Assembly: GCA_964492015.1 (NCBI GenBank)
Contig: CAZBIH010000002.1
Span: forward strand, 1 to 36,982
DNA length: 36,982 nt
Direction of reading: 5' to 3'
From: an uncultured Planctomycetia bacterium
GTDB taxonomy: Bacteria; Omnitrophota; Gorgyraeia; 2-02-FULL-51-18
Of the stretch, positions 24,201 to 36,200 are shown piece after piece. Position numbers and translations under genes: made by a program. Positions within the stretch are counted from its first letter, which is position 1. Each line of letters starts with the position of its first letter. The notes below the pieces were generated by a model, which had not been told where the DNA came from, did not search any database, and was given only the letters and a program-made list of their open reading frames with translations.

Positions 24201-27200
24201 CGTTCCACGGGAGAATTTTTCTCAAGGAGAAAAAGGTTTTCTCTGAGGCCCAGGACCGTCTGCTCCGTCAATGACTCAGTCTTTTTTTGATTCTTCAAAT
24301 AAATCAAATAATCGTCATAAACCAACCGAAACTCGCGGGTGATCTCGCCCGATGGACGAAAGATCGCGCCCATGAGAGCATTTTCTTCGAAGATCCGAAA
24401 GATCACGGGGTCCGCGGCATCGGGAGATTCGGCGGCCGCCTTATAATTCTTGGCCAATAAATGATTATAAAATTCCGCGTTGGGATCTGAATGCTCCCGC
24501 AGGACGATCATGGAGGCGAGAAAATGAGGATCAATATTCAAATGGTGTTCCTCGGTAACACGGTTAAAAGAGGCTTCTTTGGCGAGCGTAAACAGGGATT
24601 TCGAGCGGACTTCTTTGCCCCGCGCAAATAGCAGCGCCCTTGGGAACACCGACCTGTAAAAATGCCAGACAGATCCGGACGCCCAGGCGTATTTGAAAAA
24701 ACGGACTGCCCATACAATCTTCTCTTTGAATATAAAAGGTTTTCTTGAAAAATCCTTCGGAGTTTCTATTTTCGAATTCTTCGCCAGCCTCGCCGCAGCC
24801 AAAGAAAGCGGTAAAATTGACCCTTCGGAGAGCGCTGTGTTATACTTCTCCATATCAGTAGCCGGAGAGACCTGCTTATGACTAAAATTATTATTAACAG
24901 TTACATCGTCGCCGATCCCCAGATTTGTCATGGGAAACCCACGTTCAAAGGGACCCGTGTCATGGTCTGGCAAATCCTCGAATTGCTGGCCGCCGGAGAA
25001 ACTTTCCGGCAAATTCAAAGAGGATTTCCTTCTCTCACCGCCAAGCACGTGAAAGCTGCTCTCGAATACGCCAGCTCTCTCACCCGGGAGAACTTCGTCA
25101 TTGTCAATACCCACTCCCCGCTTCCTACTTGACGAAAACGTCAGGGATGAATTGGGTCCGTTTCTAGCCTCTGAGCGGTTCGATTCAAAACCATCCCCGC
25201 GCTCCACAGACGATAAAGTCATCGCCGGTATTTCCAAGAAAGAAAAAAGAGTACTCGTCACCAATGATGAGGATTTCTGCCGGTATACCCATGATGAGAT
25301 ATTTTCGGTGGTCTGGCTAAGAATTCCCCAGAATGAGCCCAACGTTCTTATCAGCTCTTTCCGAGAATTAGTCCACCACTTCAAAGATTTCGAAGGCAAG
25401 TTGATTGTGCTCACGCCCGGCAAATGGACAGATTCCAGACTAGGCGAAAGAATTAGGTTTGATTCATAGGATTTCGCCAACCGTGCTCCCGATTTAAATT
25501 CATACCCCTGAATATACTCGGCGATCTTACTCTGGCGATCATGATTTTCCATAGGCTCACGGCTCAGCCTATCGTTCAATAGAAATAGCGCGTCGTTCAA
25601 TCCCAGGATGTCAAATTCACTGATCCTGTCATCATGGCTTTTGGACAGTTGGGCAAGAGCTTCCAAAGCCGGCACAAAACTGGGGCCGGTGAGATCTAGG
25701 ACTTTTTCAAGAAATTTTGTTCCCTTGATCTCGGAAGATTTGCTGTCATTTTTGACAAAAGGTTGAAGGCGCAGCAAACTGTCGTAGACCCTGTTCGCGA
25801 CCTCATCAGAGTCAAAGTCCGGCAAAGAAAGTTCGATCTTTTCAAGCAGATCGACGGTAAGCCAGGCGGTGATATCCGCCCGCCTGGTAAAAATGGGGTT
25901 CAGCGAAGAGATCAAACGATGCAGTCCAGAAAGACTACTCCCTTTCCCGCTCACTTTGCCTTGATAAGCCGCCTTGACGACTCTCGGATCCACGAGGAGT
26001 TTCCGCTCTTTTTCGGAAAGATAATACCGTCCGCTTGGAGGATCCTGAACAAAAACGCTCTCGACATAATCGATCAGCTGATCCCAAACCCGCGTCCAAT
26101 GATCGTGCGGAGCCCGCCTCCCAAGTTTATCGGTAGAAATAAGTTCACGAAAAAGACGCCAAATGATCTCCCTTTTTTCCGGATCTACTTCCCTATCCAT
26201 GAGCAGGCGCAAAAACCGGCTCTTGGACATCGTCTTAAGATCTTGCGAACGAAGGATATCCGCCTCAAACTCCGTTTCATTGAAATGTCCAGGCAGAGAA
26301 CCCCCCTGCCAAGCCCATAAAATATCCATCGCCGCCAAGTCGACTGTATCGCTCTGCGGCAAGCGTTTAAAAAGCAAATCGGAAAAATCAATATCTTTCC
26401 AAATATCTTTATCAAATTCGACAGACCGGAACGACTTTAAAAAATCCCAATACGTTTGCTCAAACATAGACCGTCGGAGAGGCTTTAAAAGAGCCTGGAT
26501 AAAAATTTCATCAAGGTCTTTATTTTTTGAGGCTTTTAAATAATTTTTCACAAGCTCGCGGATCCGGGGATCCCTCCTATAAGGAATCAAAAGCATGGCG
26601 AGCGCGGATGTCCTGGCGGGTGGATGTGATGGGTTTTTACTTTGAAGTAAAACGTATTGCTTCGTATAAGCCAACTGTTTATCGGTTAGATATCCTTTCC
26701 TTCCGCCCTCAACCTTCGACTTGTCTTTCTTCGCCAATCTCGCCCCCGATTTAAATTCATATCCTTGGATAAACTCCGCTACCATATGCTGACGCTCATA
26801 ATTTTCCATCGGCTCGGTACTGAGCTTCTTCTCCAACGCGAAAAGCGCATCATTCAATCCCAAAATATCAAACTCTCTGATCTCTCCGTTATGGTCTTTG
26901 GAGAGTTTAATCAGAGCTCTCAGCGCCTGCAAAGAACTGGGCCCAGTGAGATCCAGGACTTTCTCAAGAAATTTTGTCCCGCGAATTTCGTCGGAAGCGC
27001 TGTCATTTTTTACGAACGGCCGGAGGCTCAGGAGGCCGTTATAAACCTCGATCTTGGCTTCATGAAGCTCAGAGGCCGGCAGAGAAAGTTCGATCTTTTC
27101 CAGAAGGCCGGCTGTCAGCCAGTTCGAAAGATCTTCTTTCTCGAGTTCCTGGATGTGCTCAATAAAATAGCGCAGCCCAAAAAGCTTATTGCTGGTCCAA

Positions 27201-30200
27201 TCCTCCCGGCTGTGATAAGCCGCCATGACAACACTTGGATCCAAGAAGATCTCCCGCTCCTTTTCCGAAAGGAAGTACCTTGCAAAATTTAATTTTGGCC
27301 CTTGCTTTCCGCCGATACTCATCTCATAATTAAAAACGAAATCAATATATTCCGTTAATTGGCGTAAAACATCCGTCCAATAGCTGTCCGGAATCCGGGT
27401 TTTAAGCTGACTATCCGAAACAAGTCCCCGAAAGAGGCTCCAAATGATCTCGCTCTTTCGCTTTTTGTCTCTTGAGGCTGTCACTTTACTCCGTAATAGC
27501 CGCAAGAAGCGGCTTTTAGACATGGTTTTGAGATCTTGCCCGCGGATGACGTCAACCTTGGGTTTCACTTCATCAAAAAATTCATCGATTACTCCGGGCC
27601 TGTGCTCATCTTTCCAAGCCCAAAGAATGTCCCGCGTGGCCAGATCTACTTTCTCATCCTGCGGTAGATGCCTTATCAGCACATCTATTGCGTTCGTGTT
27701 TAAGCTGCGCCAAATATCTCTGGTGAAGTCTAAGGTGCGTGTAATATATCGGATCAAAGTTGCTTCAAATGCTTGGCTTCTTAATTTTTTTGAAAGCGCT
27801 TGGATAAATATCTCATCTGTATTTCTATTCTCCGAGGCTTTCAAATAATCTTTCAGGAGTTTACGGATCTCAACATCCCCGCGATACGGAATCAGGAGAA
27901 TAGCAAGCACGCTATCCCTGTACGACGATTGAGATGGCCTTTTGATCTCATTGAAAAGCGCCGCTTTTACGTAAGCCAACTGATCATCCGTCAGATATCC
28001 CCTGTTTTTTCTTCTTTCCTCTTTCCTCTTCCCTCTTCCCTGCCTTTCCGCCAATCTCGCCCCCGCCGCATCCCCCAAATATTTTTTCACAAACTCAGAA
28101 GCCCTGACTTCCCTGAGCCTCGGCGACATCGACGGCAAATACTGATGAAACACCGTAAATTGCTCCAAGAGCTCCTGCTCCAGCGACTCGTTCACAAGGC
28201 CCGGATGCTGTTCGGCAAAGTCCCTCAGCATCCCCAGGCTCTCCACCGCCTGCCAGCCGGTGAACTCGATGATCTTTTCTAAAAATCGCGTGCCTCTTAT
28301 TTCAGGATAAGCGGACTCTCCAAAAACATAACGGTCCAAAAATGGCAGCCACTTCAAAATCCTGTCACTTTCCGGGGAGTACCTGCCAAAGACCTGTATC
28401 AGAAATTCTTTCCGTAAAAGATAGGAAGGATTTTTACCCGTTATATCCTCGGGCTTAAAAAATTTAAAAACTTCTACTGCTAGCCGCTCCTGGAGCCCTT
28501 CGATCAGTATCGGAAACGCTCGTGAGGGCTGCCTGTGAATGACAGAAAGAATGGACCTCATGTTATCTTCCGCGATCATGACCGCTATGTTTCCAAGGCC
28601 CAAAAGCTCCATAGAGGAGACCAGATCCAGGACTTGAGAAGCCGCTTTGATATCGATCCCGGCTCCGGCAGCCCGGAATTGCTCGCGAATGAACGCCATT
28701 TGTTCCACAAACCCGGATTTTTCAAGCGCCCTTCTTTTGGCCGATAAAAACTGCGTCACCGAATCCGCCCGGCCCGATGCCTTGAGCAGGTTTTCTAAAT
28801 TAGAAGCAGAGCCCGGCAGGAGAAGTTCGAGCTGCCAGAGGATCGGCACATCATAACTTTCAAAAATGTTTTTCGTGACACGGACTTCGGGCTCATTTTT
28901 TTCGTCATAGGCGGGCCACTGCGAGATGAGAGATCGGATATCCGCCACTGATGCTTTGGCGGACTCAAGATCTATTTGAAATGCCTGCCCCTGGGCACGG
29001 ATCGCTTTTGAAACCGTTTCAAAATACTGGGGCCCCGCGCTGCGGGCGAGCTCCGCGTAGACCGGCCAGACAGAGGGCATTTTTTCGCCCATTTCTCTTT
29101 TTAGATGCCAGAGCTGTTCGGCGAGCGCTTTCTTTTCGATCCCCGCTTGAGCCAAAAGGTGCAGATCCAGCCAGCGGCTCTTAAGCTCTTCCGGAGACCA
29201 GCCCAAAAAGAAACCGAGCGCGTCGTTCCTGGGATCCTCAGCGCGAAAAGAGGCGCTATGAAGCGCCTCCAGGAAAACGGAGGCATTAGAAGTCACTGCT
29301 TCCCGGGCAAGTACCGTGATCTTCTGGTCTCGCTCCGGATCGCCCGTTTTCAGATCACTTAAAGGTTTAGCGGCCTCGACACCAAAATCCAGGACAAGCC
29401 TCCGGTAAAAATCAAGATCTCCAAGATCTCTGTATTCACCCGGATTTTTTGTTCCCCACATCAGGGAGACAAAATATCCGATGGACTTGGTCCCTTCGAT
29501 CCGGGCAATAGCCTCTCCGGCCGTATGACGAACTTCTGGAACAGGATCCAGCAACAACGCTCTTTTTATCGCCGGCAACGTGCCGGGATCATGCGCGTCC
29601 ACAGCGCTCAGAGCTAATAGGATCTCTTGCCGGTAGGATGCAAACGTCCTTGAATATCTATCCATGATCGAAATCAGGACCGGCGCCGCGGAGGACGCCT
29701 TGTCGCCAAATCGCGCCAGGATCTGGGCAAAAGGCTGACGCGCCGGATTGGTCTCATCCGCCAGATGATGGATCAGATGCGGGATCACCTCCGGTCCGAT
29801 CTTGAACAACGCTTCCGCCGCCTCCGCTGAGGGACCCTTGGAGTCATCGCTGGCGGAAACATTGTCTTTACGCCGCACCAAATTGCACAGCTCCCAAGCA
29901 GCCTCGATCGCCTCCGGGCCCAGGAGCCCCAACTTTTGAGCCACTAATTGGCGTATCTCTATTTCCGGATCACTTAAAAGCCCGATCAACCTTTGAATTT
30001 CCTCTCCCCTCTTTCCTCTAACCTCTTCCCTGTTTTCAGCCAGTCTCGCCGCGCTATCCGCTTTCTGATTCAGTTCTGTCCAAAATTTTGACGTCAAATC
30101 CACCCGATCACCATTTGGGATCTGTTCCGCTCTCGCTAGAATCGTCAGAGCCTCTTTCAAATCTAAAATCGTCTGCTCAGAAAGCAACCTCTTCCCGTTC

Positions 30201-33200
30201 ATCACAAGAAGATAATGTTCATACATAGAGAAAGAGTTGACTTGTCCAAACTGATGCAATTGCGCAATCAACAAAAATACCTCTTTGTCCAAAACGTAAA
30301 GAGGGAGTTTTCCTTCGGCGACAGATCCGGCGATCGAAAAAATAATCTGTGTAAGATCAAAGATATAAGTCTGCCCCGTCTTGAGATAAATATCCTCCAT
30401 AAGGTCTGCTGTAAAAAATTTCTTCAGGATCTCATCCGGAAGCTTTGGATCTATTTCAAAAGCGTCTTCCATGATCCGGACTGTCGTAATAAGATCTTTC
30501 TTGGGGCCCGCTTTCATCTTTTTGATCAATTCAAAGATCACGTGCCAATAATATGAAAAAATACCCATGGCAAGAACCACTTTTACTGTTTTTGGATCGC
30601 CCTCAAAAACCCTGTAGATCTCCGCTCTTAACAATTTCATATCTGCCCGCATTAGAAGTCCGCCGCCGAGATTCCTATTTTTCTCAAAGTTGTACGCACA
30701 GAGTTCAAGCGCAAGTAGGATATATTTGGGATCGATCTTTGATCGGGCCAAAAGTTCCTGCACAAAGATCTGTTGTCCCGTTTTTTCGTAGGTATCACGC
30801 TCTATTGGGGTTGCCACGAATTGGCTTAATATTTCTCTGGCCTTAGGCTCGTCATAACGGTCCAGGAGCTTCATCGCCGCCATTTGTTGAATATCATTTG
30901 GAAGGTCCGACATATTTCCCCGGCGCATTACCTGATCGGTTGTGCGACCCATATCATATTTCAGATAATGCATGGCCATCGGACCCAACATGCCCGCCGT
31001 GGACGGGGTCTGATGAAGTTCAATAGCCAATTCAATATCATTCGGCACGTGAGTTGCCTCTTCATAGTTTTTTATCCAAAGAAGGTGAACCAGCTTCATC
31101 CGGTCATCCAGCGCCGTAGGATTCAACCGGTATATTCTCGCCAAAAGATCCGACGGAGAGAAAAGGTTCGCGACCCACGACTGATACTTGATCAAATGCT
31201 CCCAGGTCACTTGAGCCGCCACCGGCATCATTGCCGCCTCATCAAATCGCTTGTCCAACAGACGGTCATAAAATCGCGCGGTTTCATCATCCCGGCTTCT
31301 TAGTTTTAAAACTGACCGATATTGATTCAGTATCTTGGGTACATCTAATGTTACACCTTGAATAATGTCCCCCATTAGACGCTCTAAAGACTTGTTTTGT
31401 GATTCGGAGTGGACCTTCCAATAGGCAAAAGGACCGCCGCTTCTCTCAACAGTCCACACAAAGCGCATAAACTCAACCACATAGATAAAAATCTTTACCG
31501 GAAGCAGACGCTGACCCAAACCATCCGGCAACATCGCCCGATAAATTAATTTCAACAGGCCAGCCGTTTCTCGCAAGCTTCGTTTTTCCTCTTTCCTCTC
31601 CCCTCTATCCTCTACCCCGCTTTTAGCCAATCTCGCCCCCATTTCACCTTGAGCCTTAGAAAGAAGCTCCGCCATAAATTGCGCGACCCTCTCATATCTC
31701 TGCGGTGGTTCGTATTGATCCGCCAATAGCGCTATCGCTTCTTTGAGCTCCATGACGACCCGTTGGGTCAGCTTGTCTTGGCTCTTTAGGGCCCGCACAT
31801 AATCAAAATAATTTTTAAAAAGATCTCCCACCATGAGATGAGCCCGAGTATTTTTAACGATCAGGTTAATAAGCTCAGTGTCTAGAACATAACTTTCAAG
31901 CTTTTCTTTTTTCACATCTTCAGCTACTTGAATGCCTATCAAAAGAAAATCAGCTGCGAAGTTCCCTGATTGTTTTGATATTGTGTCAACAACATCAGGA
32001 CTCAAAAATGTCAGATCCAGACCTTTCAGTCTGGCATCGACCAATCTCCATCCAAGCTTGATAAGAATGCCGCCGATAAATCCCCTCCGATCCGCCTGGT
32101 TCTCACGATTCTTAAGGATCAACTCTGACAGTACAGGGTAGTTTTTATCGTCTACAAATCGAAGCTGTTGGCGGATAAATTCAGGATCTGCGCTAACCCA
32201 AGAGGGATCCGTGGACTTCTGAATCATTCCAGCCATTGCGTCACGGTTGTTAAAAATCATCCTCCCTGAATCACCGCGAGCCAAAATACTCGAAGTGGAA
32301 TTTTGATTGATGTGCATCCGGATGTGAAAATATAGAGTCAACAAAAGCGGCAGATACTGATCGTCCGCCGCCACGAGCCTTATTAAGTGAGAAACAAATC
32401 CATTCCTTTCCGCATAGCTTTTCATCTCTGGAAAATAATCTCGCTCAATAAATCGAGCTAGCGCTTCGGCGACTCCCGGCTCCGCGACATGATCCAAAAG
32501 CTTGATGGCCGCGGCTTGAGTAACCTCGGTCGAAATTCTCATCGGTTTGGTCCGTCCGATCCCATACCCAGATTTTATTTTCTCAAGTACCTCCAACGCC
32601 GCCTCTTTGTCCATTTTTTGGATGAAAAAGTCGACAGTTCGTCCCCCTCCGTCCGTTTTAAACAATTCTTGAGCATATTGCCACGCGCCCGGCACCTGAT
32701 CGGCGGAATCATAATCTGCCTTGTCGAGAAAATAATAAAACTTTGCCTTGTCGCTGACTTGATCCGGCTGTTTCTTCATCAGGACATCCATTAATCTCCT
32801 AGAGACCTTGATCAACTTTTCCGATGAAGAGTTTTCAATCGCTTCGATGAACATCGCGCTTGCCCAACGTCCGGCGTCCTCAAATCGCGTGGCCTGTCCC
32901 CACCGGCCTTGATACGCCAAATAATAAAACTGAGCCTCCGCATCCTGCCTGCGTCTCAGGATCTCAGCCGCCGCCATCGATCCGTCCGTGGTCAAAAATA
33001 AGACCTTTCCTGATTCCAGTTTTTTCCTGAGAATCTGACTCCTGAACTGTCCGGGTTTTAAATAGACACCCAAAGCGGCCTTTAAAAGCAGAAAAGGCTC
33101 TTCTTCGCCGAACAAATTATCCTCGATCATCCAAAACACATCTTTAAGGTCCGCAAATGAGTAAAAATAAAGATGCGTCCAGTACCGCGGCAAATACCTG

Positions 33201-36200
33201 AAAAATATCCCGATTTTCTGCAGGGTCGACAAGCCTCTAACCTCTTCCCCGCCCTTCGCCAGCCGCGCCCCCTGTCCAAAGTTGTATTCGCTCAGGTACT
33301 CCGCAATCCTCTCCTGCCGTCTGGCGTCTTCCCAATGAGCGTCCCGAAGCGTTCCATCTAGAAGAAACAACGCATCATTCAAACCCAGGAGATCATGTTC
33401 TGTCATTCCATTCGGCCGCTTGGCTAAGATAGCCTTCAACGCAGTGAACGCCCGCGCAGCAAACGGACCTGTCATTTTCAACACAGTTTCCAAAAAGCGA
33501 GTTCCGTGGATCTCCTTTGTCGATGCGTCAGGATTCATATAGCGTCCGAGCTCCCACAACGCAGCGTAAACTCCTTTTTTTGCCTCATCATTCTGAGGAC
33601 TCGGCAAGGTGGTTTCGATCGCGATTAAAAGTTCCGGTGACAATCGCTCAATCATCATTCTTTGCTCTTGAGTCTGGATGTCCTTTCCGAGAGTTGAGTG
33701 AATAAATTTCTCTATTGAATCCAGCGGGTATCCCGAACCATTGTCGGAATGCAAATAAATGCTTTGTAGCACCGCTGAGTTTAACGCCAGAAGAGTTTCC
33801 TTTTGGGACAACTCTCTGGTTAGCGCATTATGTGCCGCAAACCGTTCCGAAAAAATAGCAGTAAGATAATGCGTTAGCTGGAGGAGGAGCGCCGCATGAT
33901 CCGCCGATCCAAATTTATTTTTGATCTTCGGATCCGTGGTGATTTGCTGATACGTGTTCCTGATCCACTTCACATGCCATGGAAGACGCCCGGATGTGAT
34001 CACAAGCTGTCTGGAAATAATAGAATCAGGCACAGAATCGATACCCGATGACTGAAGAGAATGCCCCAGAATTGCCAACACTTTTGTTTCAAAGGGAACA
34101 TTAGTTTCTCGATATTCGTAGCCCGCTTTGTACGCGAGAACCCATAGCAGTTCTCTTGCGACTTTATCCAGACCCCGTCGCCGATTCTGATGCGCACGCC
34201 ACAAATCCAGAGAGATCGGTGCTGCCAGCCGGAACGCACCGCTATTTACAATAAAATGTTCGGCATTATCCATTAGATTTTTAGCCCATTTGGGACCTAG
34301 TAGAGTCGAAGCGAAATGCGTATCACTTCCCCACTTAATCAAATGATAACGAAGCGCGTCCGCCACGAAGGTCAAGTGCCGATAGGGAAAAAGAAGGCTT
34401 GCCGCCGCCGAAGACTCGTTGGATCTTTTCTCATGATTCCATCCTTGCGTGGGATCTGTAATTTGTTTGATCAAATTCTTTATTGCAAGCTCGTTCAAAA
34501 ATTCTTTTTTCTCTTTTTCCTCCTCTTCCTTTCGCCCTCCGTCTTCCGTCTTCGGCCTGCTTTTCTTTGCCAACCTCGCCGCACTCACTGCCGCCTTCCA
34601 ATCCATCCCCGCAATATCCCGAACAAACATATCCCGGTTCCCCAGCGTGTCCGTGGCGATCTGGCGGATCATGAGAGAGCTTACGGCTGAAGGCGCCGGC
34701 GCAGACCCGGAGCTTATTCTCTGTCTCAACAAAAGTTCCTCATAACGGCGCGTGTTCGTTTCTTCAAGGATCTGCGGCACGATCGAGATGTAGGAAATAT
34801 TTTTAGACTTAAGGATCGATTTCAAATTCGGCGCGTGATAACCGCCGGTGATCAGCACGGCTTTCTCTTCAATTTTCAATTTTCCATTTTCCATTTCAAA
34901 AAGCATATTCTGTACAAATTTTTTGTCCCTCTCATAGGTGAGCGAATAAAATTCCTCACAGAGCTCCGCGATATCGTTATAACCGGGCTCCAAAAATACC
35001 GCCTGCCCGTAGAATTCCTTCAGGTCCATGATCTTGCGGTTCAAAAATCCAGTGATCCTCTTCATGTCGTATTTTGTTTTTTGGCTGCGGTAGGTTTCGA
35101 AATCAGCCGGTGTCATTCGCAGGCTCAAAAGATCCCCGAGAGCCCGAATATTTTTATCCGCCTGGACCAGAGCCTCTTCGTCCGGCGTCTGAACAAGAGC
35201 TCCAAAAACTTCCTCTTCAAGCGATCTCTGCTCCGCCAGCACGCGGACAGGAGAAAAAGCCTGGGCCTTTTTGAGATAGCGCAGATATTTGAAAAGTTCG
35301 GGATACCGCGCCTGAGAGGCTGTTCCGGCAAGCTTTTCTTCCAAGAGACAAAAATAGGCCTGCCGTACACAATTATTTTTACCGGACATTTTTTCAGGGT
35401 CCCTTTCCGCGCCGGAAACAGATCCAAGATCTTTCCTATCCGTGGCAGACAGCGCCGCGACAGCTTGAACCTGCTCTTCATTGGCCCGGTTAAAATCAAT
35501 GCGTCTTTCAAGATCCGACAACTGTTTGGAGTGTTTTAAGTGGGTGTATTTTTCTGTCTTAAGCTTGAGCATTTCTGCCATGCGGTACAAGGCTTCGGTA
35601 TATTCCGCCGCGGACAATTGGCCCTGCCTGAATTTTTTCGTCTGCTTATCGAGCGATAGGAGAACGGGGTTTTCAATACGCGGTTTTAGGATCTCGATTC
35701 CGTGAGCGGCCTTGGCGAGATAATTTTTAAAGCGCTCCCTGTTCTTGGCAACTTGCCGGTAAACGGACAATGCCTTTTCGTAGAGTGCCGGATCTTCCAC
35801 ACCCCAAAGCGTAAGCGGCAGATCGGAGGTCAGGTCGAGATACTCACTGCCCTGCAGCTCGCCTTTCATCAGATAAGACCTGGCGACTGTTTTCCTTTTT
35901 TCAGGACTTGCCAACGCCCTCAGGAAAAACAACGAAAGATCGCCTGAACCACCTTCTAAAAAAACAGAAGCTGTCTTTCCCTCCCCCCTCTTCCCCCTAT
36001 CCTCTTCCCTGAATAAATAGTCAAGGGTCTTCGCCACATTCAATTGCCCAGAAATATTCGTATGAGCATCCTGGATTAGAACAACGGTTTTAGAAATATT
36101 CGGCGCACGGTAGGCGTCTTCGATAGAGGCGATAGACTTGGGTAAATTGGGAAGTTCCCGGCGTGCCCAGCTCTTGGCATCGGCGTCAGAATTCCAACGG

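Larger units (their letters stand above)
24782..25474 (-). other. pseudo-module 8 (231 aa): stop-free antisense reading of the plus-strand TA cassette
   Basis: S-rich sequence with odd composition (SYESNLILSPSLESVHLPG...NTALSEGSILPLSLAAARLA) and none of the elements shared by other modules. It coincides with the two plus-strand TA ORFs and their promoter. Confidence 0.75.

Noticed and set aside
1244-34582. Recurring conserved DNA strings of about 30-45 nt (…cctctatcctgacttaatctcgccccc…) that could suggest a CRISPR array or intergenic repeat elements
   Set aside because: Their spacing is 0.05-9.7 kb and irregular. They are all in one reading frame and encode the junction motif plus linker of the giant protein. 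No repeat-spacer periodicity and no cas genes are present.
416-35947. Dozens of plus-strand ORFs (up to 234 aa, e.g. 34835..35539, 18935..19570, 14876..15484, 416..1003) antisense to the giant ORF
   Set aside because: Their R/P/S/F-rich composition is typical of antisense frames of a purine-rich coding strand. Similar pairs such as 18935..19570 and 23855..24274 simply mirror the internal duplications of the giant gene. They have no starts with SD and no family signatures. Only the two ORFs at 24878..25469 show real protein-family signal.
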